Assembly (NCBI GenBank): GCA_964016885.1
Contig: OZ024742.1
Coordinates: 179,738,001 to 179,802,000, forward strand
Origin: Eledone cirrhosa
Taxonomy: Eukaryota
Reading direction: 5' to 3'
Length of the DNA: 64,000 nt
The translations under genes and the position numbers were made by a program. Shown here piece after piece: positions 1-12,298 of the stretch (within the stretch, counting starts at the first letter, position 1; each line of letters starts with the position of its first letter). Under the pieces are notes generated by a model. It saw only the letters and a list, made by a program, of their open reading frames with translations, did not search any database and was not told where the DNA came from.

Positions 1-98
1 TATACATATATATATACATATATATATACATATATATATACATATATATATACATATATATATATACATATATATATACATATATATTTATAATATAT
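1..98. repeat. (TA)n/(TATACA) microsatellite
   Basis: Directly visible simple repeat. Confidence 0.95.
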
Positions 99-420
99 AC
101 AAAAACAAGATGGCGTAGGACAGAACAAAGGAGAGGCACAAAAAACAAAGAAAAGAATCCCAGTCACTGAAGAGGTCACAGAATGTGTGACGAAAGAACT
201 TTGACAATATATAAACAACCATCTGGTTGTGGAACCAACCAACCAACCGGAAATTTATAAGTTCCTAAATTTATAAATTTATTATAATAAATTGAAGTGA
301 AAGCAACTGGTGCATGTGTTTCTTATTGGCAACATGACCCTCCCAAAGTATAACAATATCGGTTTCAACACACGTTTTCAGATAAAGAATCTTGCTAAAC
401 AAATTCAGAAACGAAATATA
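99..420 (+). mobile_element. Short hammerhead-bearing non-coding repeat (Penelope-like pLTR/retrozyme-type), family HH-a
   Basis: Flanked by TA tracts; homologous to reverse complement of 46560-46830; shares HHR and ATGACCCTCCC(A/C)AAGTATAA with 23050-23592. Confidence 0.7.
163..205 (+). ncRNA. Minimal type I hammerhead ribozyme motif
   Basis: GTCA-CTGAAGA-G-GTCACA/TGTGAC-GAAA-GAAC-TT-TGAC: stem I GTCA/TGAC, 6-bp stem II, vestigial stem III. Confidence 0.65.
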
Positions 421-747
421 TAAATATATATATATATTAAATTCAAAGGGGTTTATATATAGTTAGACATAGTCACAGATACATTTTTTCTTCAAACTTC
501 TATTTTGTACCTAACACTGTGTAGTTAACTATTTGTCTGGTCAATTTCTACAGGCTAAAAGAAATAATTAGATAAATGTCATATGGCTGTACATTGCGGA
601 AGATAACCTGTATCATTTGTCTATTATTTCTTCATAATTACATTTTAAACTTATAGCCTCGTTTAAATGATTTAATATGTGATTGATTTATACTGATTAG
701 GAGAGGAAATACTGTATATATTTTATCTAATAGTTCTTCAGACTTGC

Positions 748-752
<5 letters not shown>

Positions 753-817
<65 letters not shown>
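753..817. repeat. (TA)n microsatellite
   Basis: Directly visible. Confidence 0.95.
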
Positions 818-820
<3 letters not shown>

Positions 821-1065
821 AGTATGTGTGTATACGTACATACATATATGTATACAGACGTACAGTAGCATGCACACATATATATATATATATATATATA
901 CATATATACATACAGGTACACATACATATATGCACGTATCAGTTTAGCGGACGCTTATTATAACGCCGCTTTGTTCGTTTGTAAACAAACTGAACAGCCT
1001 GAATTTTTTATGCCGTACGGTGTTAAGGCAACCACGTCACCTTTTTGTTCAACACCGACACAGGA

Positions 1066-1108
1066 ACGGTGTACTAGTTTCAAGCTTATTAGCTATCATC
1101 AGCACCGT
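1066..1108 (-). ncRNA. Type I hammerhead ribozyme (GUA site)
   Basis: Minus strand ACGGTG-CTGATGA-TAGCT-AATA-AGCTT-GAAA-CTAG-TA-CACCGT; 6-bp stem I, palindromic stem III ACTAGT. Confidence 0.85.
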
Positions 1109-1338
1109 ATACCCATCTGCCAGATAGTTGAACGTTCGAAAGTATATACTTTCCTTATGAAAATTAACGGCTGAGCAGCCTAATTTGCATATCGAGTGAG
1201 CTAAGTCGGTCAGGCATACCGAAAACGATAAGTTGAAATAAAATGAAAACGAAATTTCATTTTTCACTCTTACTTACTTAAATGTAAGTATGTGTGTATA
1301 CGTACATACATATATGTATACAGACGTACAGCAGCATG

Positions 1339-1372
<34 letters not shown>

Positions 1373-1530
1373 TACATACAGGTACACATATATATATGCA
1401 CGTATCAGTTTAGCGGACGCTTATTATAACGCCGCTTTGTTCGTTTGTAAACAAACTGAACAACCTGAATTTTTATGCCGTACGGTGTTAAGGCAACCAC
1501 GTCACCTTTTTGTTCAACACCGACACAGGA

Positions 1531-1573
1531 ACGATGTACTAGTTTCAAGCTTGTTAGCTATCATCAGCACCGT
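1531..1573 (-). ncRNA. Type I hammerhead ribozyme (second tandem copy)
   Basis: Same motif; stem I has a G-U wobble (ACGGTG/CATCGT), loop II AACA. Confidence 0.85.
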
Positions 1574-1739
1574 ATACCCATCTGCCAGATAGTTGAACGT
1601 TTGAAAGTATATACTTTCCTTATGAAAATTAACGGCTGAGCAGCCTAATTTGCATATCGAGTGAGCTAAGTCGGTCAGGCATACCGAAAAGTGCCGTACT
1701 AAGAGTGAGAAATGAAATTTCGTTTTCATTTTATTTCAA

Positions 1740-1742
<3 letters not shown>

Positions 1743-1823
<81 letters not shown>

Positions 1824-1840
1824 AGACAGAGAGTGAGAGA
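1743..1840. repeat. (TA)n(GA)n compound microsatellite
   Basis: Directly visible. Confidence 0.9.
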
Positions 1841-2849
1841 TATTGCACCACCTCTGGAGTCATTTAGGTACAATTGCTTGTTTGGTTGTCTATTTCAATC
1901 TTTCCCTGAGCACCCCCCCCCCCCCCTCCCCCTACCTTTCCTCAGCCTATATTTTGTATGGTTCTACTCTTTTCCTTCAAGTAAGAAAGAGTTCCAAAAG
2001 TGAAAAAGAAAGGTTAAGAAATATATAAGGAAGTGTATTTTAGATACAGACAATTTTGAAAGGAAAGTTAGGGAACTAATTTAGTAGTTGTTAAACGAGA
2101 TAAATAAATATAGTCTTGGGAAGATAAAAGGGTTTAATTGTTTGGGGGGGGGGGGGGGGGGGGCTCATATAAGGAAAGAGAAGAAAATATAAAAGATTGG
2201 GGTTGATGAGGTAGTAATTAGGAAATGCTATTACATTGAATTCTTGGCATTTAGAGTTTTTTTAGTCCAGTGTGTGTGGGTTTTTTCAGTTCTTTAGAAT
2301 AAATTTGTGGATATGTGGGCACTCACATCTTTCTATCTCTGTTTATAATTCTGAATAACTCCCCACATTCATTACTCTCACACTCACTAATACACACTCC
2401 TCATACACACACATTCACATACTAACATATATTCACATACACACTAACAGGAACTCCACACACATGCACAAACACACATACATACACCCTCACTAAGGCA
2501 TACTCCATACACAAACAGATATTTCTGTGACCCTTTCGTTTTATTCTGACTTTCACTGTTCTTCCTAAATACGATGGATAAAGAACATATTGGTCACTAT
2601 GATAAGGCACTAGAGTGTGTTTGAAGGCCAGGGTTTCACTTTTAAAGAGCATTAAAATGCTTACAATCTGCCTGACTCGTGCGATATGAAGGATGTCAGG
2701 CATTATCTCTGTCATTGCTCATTCTACTTCTACTTGAAGTGCTGCCACCAACCGTCTGATCTTTGTTGAGACTCGTCTGTATGTAAGAGTCTTTTTGGCA
2801 GTTGCTGTCAACATCTTGGGAGCAGCAGCTACATCAGCCCATGGTTTTT

Positions 2850-3430
2850 CTAATTTAATAACTATAAGTGGTTCTAGTTTCTTGGAACAGATAGAGATTA
2901 GACCTCAACATGATTGTATAGCTAGGACTTTGCACTGTGATATCTTGCAACAACAACAGTTTGAAGTGAGGGACAAATGGTATTAACACCAAGCAGAGAG
3001 CATTGCTGAAAACAACAGACTCAAGGTACTTTTGGATTTTGCAATCCAGACAGAACATAAAATAACAGCTAGAAGTTATTAAAGACGAAACGTCAATGGA
3101 ATGTATAATTGCTGACATAACCATTTCTGCTGGCATGAATGTTACCAACAAGGAACAGGAAAAGATTGAAAAGTACCAGGATCTTACTAGGGAGATAAGA
3201 TAACTGTGGAATGTCTGTGTAAATGTAATCCCCATTATTATTGGTGTATTATAGACTGTTGCAAAGAGAATTGAAAAATTCCTGAAAGACATAGAATCAA
3301 CACCAAAAGTAACATTGATCCAAAAGTCTGCTTTATTGAGTACAGCAAAAATAATCATAAAGGAACTCTAAGGAAATTAGCTGTGACGCAATCTGAAGAA
3401 CAAAAATCCCAATTTATTTGTGCAAAACCT
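2850..3430 (+). pseudogene. Degraded R4/Dong-clade non-LTR retrotransposon C-terminus (restriction-like endonuclease)
   Basis: Broken translation HDCIARTLH..KWY..KVL/WDFAIQTEH..KEQEKIEKYQDL..VIPIIIG..IQKSALLSTAKII. Confidence 0.75.
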
Positions 3431-3431
3431 T

Positions 3432-3930
3432 CATCATCATCATCATCAACGTTTAACGTCCGTGTTCCACGCTTGCATGGGTTTGGACGGGGGTAGTCCC
3501 ACTTGAGGCAAGAGTGATTGTCTTGCTCGCATAGGACTGTCTGGCAGGTTTTCTACAGTTGGATGCCCTTCCTAACACCAACCACATTTACAGTGTGGGT
3601 CTGGGAGGTTTTTACCGTGTTGCCTACACGGCCACATTACAGCGTGGACTGTGTGTTTTTTTGTCGTGACACCTACACGATCTCGTTTGTTTCGGCCTGG
3701 ATGGCGCGGCACCAACATAACTTTACATGGAACGGGGTGGTGTGGATGGGGTGGGGGTGGTTGCGGGACGGGGTGTAGTTTGTTAGAGATGCCTACTGGC
3801 AAGGCGGGTCTTCTCTGTTACTGAGTACCGCCAAAGGTCACGGTCCAGTGACATTGTCTTGGAGAGGTGTAAGTGTGTGAGGTCGGAGTTTATCAGCTCA
3901 TCCCATGTTTTTCTAGGTCTGCCTAAAACC
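3432..3930 (-). mobile_element. RTE LINE family A, 3' fragment
   Basis: GRPRKTWDELINSDL ORF end + 3'UTR + (GAT)n tail, matching 11770-12302. Confidence 0.9.
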
Positions 3931-3931
3931 T

Positions 3932-4157
3932 TAATAATAATAATAATAATAATAATAGTAATAATAATAATAATATTTTTTTCTACTTTAGGCACAAGGC
4001 CAGCAATTACCCAGTGCATTACTGGTACTTTATTTTATCGACCCCGTAAGGATGAAAGGCAAAATCAACCTCAGCGGGATTTGAACTCAGATCGTAAAGG
4101 GACGTAACTATGCTGGAAAGCATGGCGTCCGACCCTCTACCGATACTGCCAATCCAC
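3932..4157 (-). mobile_element. tRNA-derived SINE family A with (ATT)n tail
   Basis: A-box TGGCAGTATCGG, B-box GAGTTCAAATCC, core TTTGCCTTTCATCCTTACGGGGTCGATAAAATAAAGTACCAG; many copies in window. Confidence 0.85.
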
Positions 4158-4655
4158 AACAATCAGGTGCTATGGGATTTTAGGATACAGGCGAACAAGA
4201 AATTATAACACAATAGGCCTGACCTGGTGGTTTTGGATTGTGTCTGATTGTATATGTAGCCTGCCCATTTGACACGAGAGTGTAAGAAAAGGAGAGGGAG
4301 AAAATTAACCGATACCACATTTAAAGTGGGAGTTAAAAAGGATTTGGAACTGCCATGAAATCAAGGTCATCCCGATTGTCATAGGCGCACTAGGTACTAT
4401 CTCAAAAAGTTTCCAAGGATGGTTAAAGAAAATTAGTCCAGCCTCGCTTTTTGGAGCACTTCAAAAGCATGCTTGCTGGGAACAGCAAGAACCCTCCGAT
4501 ACGTCCTAAATATCTGAGGTTGCAGGTAACGGCTTGATATTCATTTCAACAAACTTTCCAGTTAAATAACATCAAAGACTGAGACTCAAAGAACAATATT
4601 AATAATAACAATCAAATTAATTATGATAAATAGTTAAATAATAATAATAATAATT
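4158..4655 (+). pseudogene. Degraded R4/Dong-clade LINE 3' end with (TAA)n tail
   Basis: VLWDFRIQ..HNRPDLVVLD..ACPFDTRV..EKEREKINRY..VIPIVIGALGTISK. Confidence 0.8.
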
Positions 4656-5059
4656 GCAACAACAAGGAAATAATCAATATAAACATAAACAATGATTTAA
4701 TAAAAATATGATGGCCCAACCCATGTAAATTTGGAAAAATATAAACAGATGATGATGATGATGATAATAATAGACATAATTTGTTAAAAATATTTTATCA
4801 AAAAATGTCTAAATCAAGTAACTGAAATGTTGTGAAATCATAGTAAAACTGGATGTAATTGAATTTCTTATAAACATAAAGTAGCCCAAAACTAAATCAA
4901 TTTAAGGTATGTAGAATATATGTCGATGGAAGAATCAATAAATTCAACAACCTCCTTCACTCATTGCTTTCTATTCTCCTTAATTATGGTTCTTCTGCTT
5001 CTTTCTTTACTAGAAGATATACCTCTATATTGTACAACACATATATGTACATCACTTAA

Positions 5060-5096
<37 letters not shown>

Positions 5097-5103
5097 AATA
5101 TAT

Positions 5104-5290
5104 ATAGGAATGAGTAGGACCCCGACGGCTGAGCTCAAGCCGTTTCGACGGCTAATTCTGAGTCCGTCGAAACGGCTTGAGCTCAGCCGTCGGGGTCCTA
5201 CTCATTCCTATTACTCACTCTACTACCCTAAGTATTGAGTAATTTGGTGCGTTATGGTCCACCTGGTTCCTTACCACATTTCCCCCGTTA
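5104..5290 (+). mobile_element. Fold-back element with 3' half of a hammerhead, family HH-h
   Basis: 48-bp perfect inverted arms 5104-5151/5164-5211 containing GAAAC-GGC..GCC-GTC-GGGG; homologues at 19393, 58422, 62282. Confidence 0.7.
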
Positions 5291-5308
5291 TATATATATA
5301 TATATATA

Positions 5309-8300
5309 TCATCATCATCATCATCATCAACGTTTAACGTCCGTGTTCCACGCTTGCATGGGTTTGGACGGGGGTATTCCCACTTGAGGCAAGAGTGATT
5401 GTCTTGCTCGCATAGGACTGTCTGGCAGGTTTTCTACAGTTGGATGCCCTTCCTAACACCAACCACATTTACAGTGTGGGTCTGGGAGGTTTTTACCGTG
5501 TTGCCTACACGGCCACATTACAGCGTGGACTGTGTGTTTTTTTGTCGTGACACCTACACGATCTCATTTGTTTCGGCCTCGATGGCGCGGCACCAACATA
5601 ACTTTACATAGAACGGGGTGGTGTGGATGGGGTGGGGTGGTGGTGGTGGGACGGGGTGTATTTTGTTAGAGATGCCTACTGGCTGGAGTAGGTTTTACTA
5701 TATATTTAGGTAAGGCGGGTCTTCTCTGTTACTGAGTACCGCCAAAGGTCTCGGTCCAGTGACATTGTCTTGGAGAGGTGTAAGTGTGTGATGTCGGAGT
5801 TTATCAGCTCGTCCCAGGTTTTTCTAGGTCTGCCTATTCAGTGACTACCGTCTATCTTTATTGCCCTGCACTTTGTTATACAGCTATCGACTTTCATGCG
5901 CATCACGTGTCCATACCAACGTAGCCTTCTCTCGAGTAAACAACATCTGATCCCTCTTATCTCTAATTTTTTCCTTAGTTCGTTTATGCTTTGCCTTTCA
6001 CGTATATTACTGTTACACATCCAGCGGAGCATGCAAGCTTCGTTCCTCTCTAGTCTGCGTATATCCTCTGCACACAATGCCCAGGTCTCACTGCCATGCA
6101 GCATTGCTGTTCGTATGCAGGCATCGTACAACCTGCCTTTCATTTTTTGGGAGAACCCTTTAGCAGCTAATAGTGGTATAAGCTCTCTGAACTTTTTCCA
6201 ACCAGTTCTGACTCTAGCTACAGTACTTTCAGAGCACCCTCCCCCACTGCTGATTTTATCGCCCAGGTAACAGAAGCTGTCCACTATTTCTATAGAACCC
6301 TCTGCGCAATTGAAAGAGCTAGTATTTTGTGGGCACTAGCTGCTACTTATTGCACCAGAGCACCGGCCACATGTAAAATCTATGTTCTTAGTTAGCTTAC
6401 CTGTGATCCCACTACATCTTTTATGCACCCATACTTTGCATTTAGGACATAAAATGGAGTTTCTACCTACGCCTTTCCTACACACCGAGCACGACCATTT
6501 CCCAGAAGGGACCGCCGCCTTGTTTTCTTTCCTACAAACTAGTACTTTGGTCTTAGCCAGGTTAATTTTAAATCCTTTTGATTCTAGGCCGTGCTTCCAT
6601 GTTTGGAATTTCTTCTCTAGCTCGGCCATTGATTCCGCTATGAGTGTCAGGTCGTCTGCGTATAGGAGTTCCCATGGGCAGCCTGTCTTGAACTCCTCTG
6701 TTATAGCCTGAAGGGCAATAATAAATAGTAGTTGGCTGAGAACAGAGCCCTGATGGACGCCAACTTTTACGCTAAACTCTTCACTATATTCGTTGTTAAT
6801 TCTAACCTTGCTGACTGTTTCTTTATACATGGCTTGTATAGCCCTCACAAGCCATTCGTCAACGCCTAGTTTTCTAAGAGCCCACCAGATAATGGAGCGG
6901 GGGACTCTGTCGAAGGCTTTCTCCAAGTCGACAAAAGCTAAGTAGAGGGGTTTACCTTTAGCTAGGTACTTCTCCTGTAGTTGTCGTACTATGAAAAGAG
7001 CGTCTGTGGTACTTTTGCCTGACACAAACCCGAACTGCATTTCATCTAGGTCAATTCTCTCTCTGATTAGTTGCGCTATTACTTTTTCCGTGAACTTCAT
7101 GACCTGGTCGATTAATTTAATGCCTCTATAGTTACTCCTATCTAGGGCGTCTCCTTTACCCTTATAACAGTTAACGATGATGCTGCTATGCCAGTCCTTC
7201 GGAACAACCCCATTCTGTACGACTTGGTTAACTATGCGGGTGACCATGGTGTGTCCCACCGTGCCAGATGCCTTCAGCATCTCAGCAACTATTTCCGAAG
7301 GCCCAGCCGCCTTACCCGTCTTCATATCCTTGATTGCCTTACTTATTATACTCCCCTCGACTAACACTGCTGGTCCCTCTATTGGGTCGATATGGGGGAG
7401 ACTGTCTTTCTCCCATTTATTCTCCTCATTTAGTAGCCTTTCATAGTGACACTTCCAAGCTACCTTCTTATCAGCGTCGGTGATGGCAAGTGTGCCATCG
7501 TCATTTAGTACACACTTCTCCCCGACAATATCACGGTTTTCCTTGACGCATTGCCTAGCAATCCTGAACACCTCACGTTTTTGGTCATCGCCTTGTAGAA
7601 CATGCTTGAACTTTCTTTCCTCAGCTTCCCTTCTTGCTAAGTACACTTGTCTCCTAGCTTCCCTCCTGGCCACTTGATAGTCTTCTCTACTTCCCCCATC
7701 CCGCCATACTTTCCAAGCCTGCTTTTTGGCCTTAATTGACCCCTCCACCTTACTGTTCCACCACCATGTTACTCTCCTCCTGCCTACAGGCCTGCTCCAG
7801 CCACAGACTTCGTCTGTCGCCAACAGCAGGTTTGCTTTCAGAAATTCCCACTCTCCCTCTATATTGTCCGACTCTAAATGTTCTTCCTTACTGTCGAAAG
7901 CATCAAGTAATATGCTTTGAAATTTATTCCTGGCTGTGGGGTCCTTTAGCTTCCATATTTTTCTCCTGAGGATAGTCCTCTTCTGCTGTCGAGTACGTCT
8001 CGTCCTGACTATGAGGTCGCTAATTATCAGTCTATGTTGGGAGGTGCATTCTTCATGGGGGAGGGATTTAGTGTTTACAACAGACACTCTGTCACGTCTT
8101 CTGGTAAGGATATAATCTACCTGGCTTGTGTGTTCCCCGGATCTATAGGTGATCAGGTGATTGTCACGTTTTTTGAAGTTAGTGTTACAGATAGTTAGGT
8201 TATTTGCATCACAGAATTCCAGGATTCTGGAGCCTTCCTCATTTCTAGTACCAAACCCATAGCCTCCATGGATTTCGTCGTAGCCGTCATAATGTTGTCC

Positions 8301-8454
8301 AATGTGACCATTTAGGTCGCCTGCAATAATTATATAGTCACTGTCGGATATTTGGGAGGTAGATAGCATCAGTGTCTCATAGAATCTGTCTTTTATAGTG
8401 CCGGGCAGTCCGGATTGGGGTGCGTACGCAGATATTACTGTCACCGTAGTTCTA
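5309..8454 (-). mobile_element. RTE LINE family A, 5'-truncated (left arm of 7-kb palindrome)
   Basis: APE C-half + RT + 3'UTR + (GAT)n; in-frame stops at 6336 and 5838. Confidence 0.95.
6336..8451 (-). pseudogene. LINE ORF: APE endonuclease (partial) + reverse transcriptase + PHD-like finger
   Basis: GDLNG, SQVDYIL, SQHRL (APE); QFGF, DLEKAFD, GVHQGS, YADD (RT); the first ~27 aa of the called ORF are read-through into the spacer. Confidence 0.9.
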
Positions 8455-8464
8455 TATATATATA

Positions 8465-9148
8465 TTAGAAAGTGAGGTTTTTTTTTACAAAATGAAAAAT
8501 AACCAGCTGTCAGGGTTCTGGCCATATTCACTGAACCAGAACATTTCTCCCAATCCCTTTTCCCTTGACCACTATCTCTCCATTGTCATAACATTCACTA
8601 TAAAGACTACAGAATAGTTTTCCAAATAAGGGCGCAAAAATGTAATGAAAACTTGTTCACGTGACAGCCAAATTTCATTTACAACCAACCAAAAAAAAGC
8701 CTTCGTGAGCCTCATTTTTTCAAGTAAAAAGAAATTCAAACACTCATATATGAAAAAAAACAACCTGTGACAACCCCCCCCCCCCCCCCTCTCTTATTTG
8801 AAGAACTATTGTAACGCGAACTGGCGCGAAATTTATTATAATTATTGACAAACCAATCAAATTACTTCTCGAAAAACCTGGCTTTCGAGCCACTTTTTCC
8901 ATATAAAACAAGTAACATTTAGAGACCAACCAGATGTGAGAAAAACCACAGTTCCTCCATCTCAACTCACCTTTTGAAAAGCAGAAGAACTGCGAAACCG
9001 GTAAAGGAACCAAATAAATATATATATTTAAAAAAAAAAATAAGACTTCAGTTGCATTTTCGATTTCATCCCTTTTTCTTTATACTTCCACTAGTGTAGG
9101 ACACCTCGGTTATTTTTCATTTTGTAAAAAAAAAACCTCACTTTCTAA
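8465..9148. mobile_element. ~685-bp non-coding spacer with ~40-bp terminal inverted repeats, TA-flanked (possible MITE)
   Basis: TTAGAAAGTGAGG(T)nACAAAATGAAAAATAACC at 8465-8504 mirrored at 9108-9148. Confidence 0.5.
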
Positions 9149-9150
9149 TA

Positions 9151-12100
9151 TAGAACTACGGTGACAGTAATATCTGCGTACGCACCCCAATCCGGACTGC
9201 CCGGCACTATAAAAGACAGATTCTATGAGACACTGATGCTAACTACCTCCCAAATATCCGACAGTGACTATATAATTATTGCAGGCGACCTAAATGGTCA
9301 CGTTGGACAACATTGTGACGGCTACGACGAAATCCATGGAGGCTATGGGTTTGGTACTAGAAATGAGGAAGGCTCCAGAATCATGGAATTCTGTGATGCA
9401 AATAACCTAACTATCTGTAACACTAACTTCAAAAAACGTGACAATCACCTGATCACCTATAGATCCGGGGAACACACAAGCCAGGTAGATTATATCCTTA
9501 CCAGAAGACGTGACAGAGTGTCTGTTGTAAACACTAAATCCCTCCCCCATGAAGAATGCACCTCCCAACATAGACTGATAATTAGCGACCTCATAGTCAG
9601 GACGAGACGTACTCGACAGCAGAAGAGGACTATCCTCAGGAGAAAAATATGGAAGCTAAAGGACCCCACAGCCAGGAATAAATTTCAAAGCATATTACTT
9701 GATGCTTTCGACAGTAAGGAAGAACATTTAGAGTCGGACAATATAGAGGGAGAGTGGGAATTTCTGAAAGCAAACCTGCTGTTGGCGACAGACGAAGTCT
9801 GTGGCTGGAGCAGGCCTGTAGGCAGGAGGAGAGTAACATGGTGGTGGAACAGTAAGGTGGAGGGGTCAATTAAGGCCAAAAAGCAGGCTTGGAAAGTATG
9901 GCGGGATGGGGGAAGTAGAAAAGACTATCAAGTGGCCAGGAGGGAAGCTAGGAGACAAGTGTACTTAGCAAGAAGGGAAGCTGAGGAAAGAAAGTTCAAG
10001 CATGTTCTACAAGGCGATGACCAAAAACGTGAGGTGTTCAGGATTGCTAGGCAATGCGTCAAGGAAAACCGTGATATTGTCGGGGAGAAGTGTGTACTAA
10101 ACGACGATGGCACACTTGCCATCACCGACGCTGATAAGAAGGTAGCTTGGAAGTGTCACTATGAAAGGCTACTAAATGAGGAGAATAAATGGGAGAAAGA
10201 CAGTCTCCCCCATATCGACCCAATAGAGGGACCAGCAAGTGTTAGTCGAGGGGAGTATAATAAGTAAGGCAATCAGGGATATGAAGACGGGTAAGGCGGC
10301 TGGGCCTTCGGAAATAGTTGCTGAGATGCTGAAGGCAGCTGGCACGGTGGGACACACCATGGTCACCCGCATAGTTAACCAAGTCGTACAGAATGGGGTT
10401 GTTCCGAAGGACTGGCATAGCAGCATCATCGTTAACTGTTATAAGGGTAAAGGAGACGCCCTAGATAGGAGTAACTATAGAGGCATTAAATTAATCGACC
10501 AGGTCATGAAGGTCACGGAAAAAGTAATAGCGCAACTAATCAGAGAGAGAATTGACCTAGATGAAATGCAGTTCGGGTTTGTGTCAGGCAAAAGTACCAC
10601 AGACGCTCTTTTCATAGTACGACAACTACAGGAGAAGTACCTAGCTAAAGGTAAACCCCTCTACTTAGCTTTTGTCGACTTGGAGAAAGCCTTCGACAGA
10701 GTCCCCCACTCCATTATCTGGTGGGCTCTTAGAAAACTAGGCGTTGATGAATGGCTTGTGAGGGCTATACAAGCCATGTATAAAGAAACAGTCAGCAAGG
10801 TTAGAATTAACAACGAATATAGTGAAGAGTTTAGCGTAAAAGTTGGCGTCCATCAGGGCTCTGCTCTCAGCCCCCTACTATTTATTATTGCCCTTCAGGC
10901 TATAACAGAGGAGTTCAAGACCGGCTGCCCATGGGAACTCCTATACGCAGACGACCTGGCACTCATAGCGGAATCAATGGCCGAGCTAGAGAAGAAATTC
11001 CAAACATGGAAGCACGGCCTAGAGTCTAAAGGACTTAAAATTAACCTGGCTAAGACCAAAGTTCTAGTTTATAGGAAAGAAAACAAGGCGGCGGTCCCTT
11101 CTGGGAAATGGTCGTGCTCGGTGTGTAGGAAAGGCATAGGTAGAAACTCCATTTTATGTCCTAAATGCAAAGTATGGGTGCATAAAAGATGTAGTGGGAT
11201 CACAGGTAAGCTAACTAAGAACATAGATTTTACATGTGGCCGGTGTTCTGGTGCAATAAGTAGCAGCAAGTGCCCACAAAATACTAGCTCTTTCAATTGC
11301 GCAGAGGGTTCTATAGAAATAGTGGACAGCTTCCGTTACCTGGGCGATAAAATCAGCAGTGGGGGAGGGTGCTCTGAAAGTACAGTAGCTAGAGTCAGAA
11401 CTGTTTGGAAAAAGTTCAGAGAGCTTATACCACTATTAGCTGCTAAAGGGTTCTCCCTAAAAATGAAAGGCAGGTTGTACGATGCCTGCATACGAACAGC
11501 AATGTTGCATGGCAGCGAGACCTGGGCATTGTGTGCAGAGGATATACGCAGACTAGAGAGGAACGAAGCTTGCATGCTCCGCTGGATGTGTAACAGTAAT
11601 ATACGTGAACGGCAAAGCATAAACAAACTAAGAAAAAAATTAGAGATAAGAGGGATCAGATGTTGTTTACTCGAGAGAAGGCTACGTTGGTATGGACACG
11701 TGATGCGCATGAAAGTCGATAGCTGTATGACAAAGTGCAGGGCAATAAAGATAGACGGTAGCCACGGAATAGGCAGACCTAGAAAAACCTGGGACGAGCT
11801 GATAAACTCCGACCTCACACACTTACACCTCTCCAAGACAATGTCACTGGACCGAGACCTTTGGCGGTACTCAGTAACAGAGAAGACCCGCCTTACCTAA
11901 ATATATAGTAAAACCTACTCTAGCCAGTAGGCATCTCTAACAAAATACACCCCGTCCCACCACCACCACCCCCACCCCATCCACACCACCCCGTTCTATG
12001 TAAAGTTATGTTGGTGCCGCGCCATCCAGGCCGAAAAAACAAATGAGATCGTGTAGGTGTCACGACAAAAAAACACACAGTCCACGCTGTAATGTGGCCG

Positions 12101-12298
12101 TGTAGGCAACACGGTAAAAACCTCCCAGACCCACACTGTAAATGTGGTTGGTGTTAGGAAGGGCATCCAACTGTAGAAAACCTGCCAGACAGTCCTATGC
12201 GAGCAAGACAATCACTCTTGCCTCAAGTGGGACTACCCCCATCCAAACCCATGCAAGCGTGGAACACGGACGTTAAACGTTGATAATGATGATGATGA

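Larger units (their letters stand above)
818..1743 (-). mobile_element. Tandem dimer of a ~465-bp hammerhead-containing unit (retrozyme/pLTR-like), family HH-b
   Basis: 818-1225 repeated at 1283-1690 nearly identically; one HHR per unit on the minus strand; bounded by (TA)n on both sides. Confidence 0.75.

Noticed and set aside
727-935. YI/IY-rich ORFs (also 12273, 25142, 34177, 45902, 55082)
   Set aside because: Translations of (TA)n microsatellites.
3518-3778. Recurrent ORF MSCSHRTVWQVFYSWMPFLTPT (also 5399, 11996, 22562, 61000)
   Set aside because: Antisense reading of the LINE 3'UTR with non-ATG start; recurrence reflects repeat copy number and lengths vary.
5896-7969. Antisense ORFs overlapping the RT frames (also 32470-33585, 45405, 50068)
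   Set aside because: Shadow frames of LINE coding sequence with no independent motifs.
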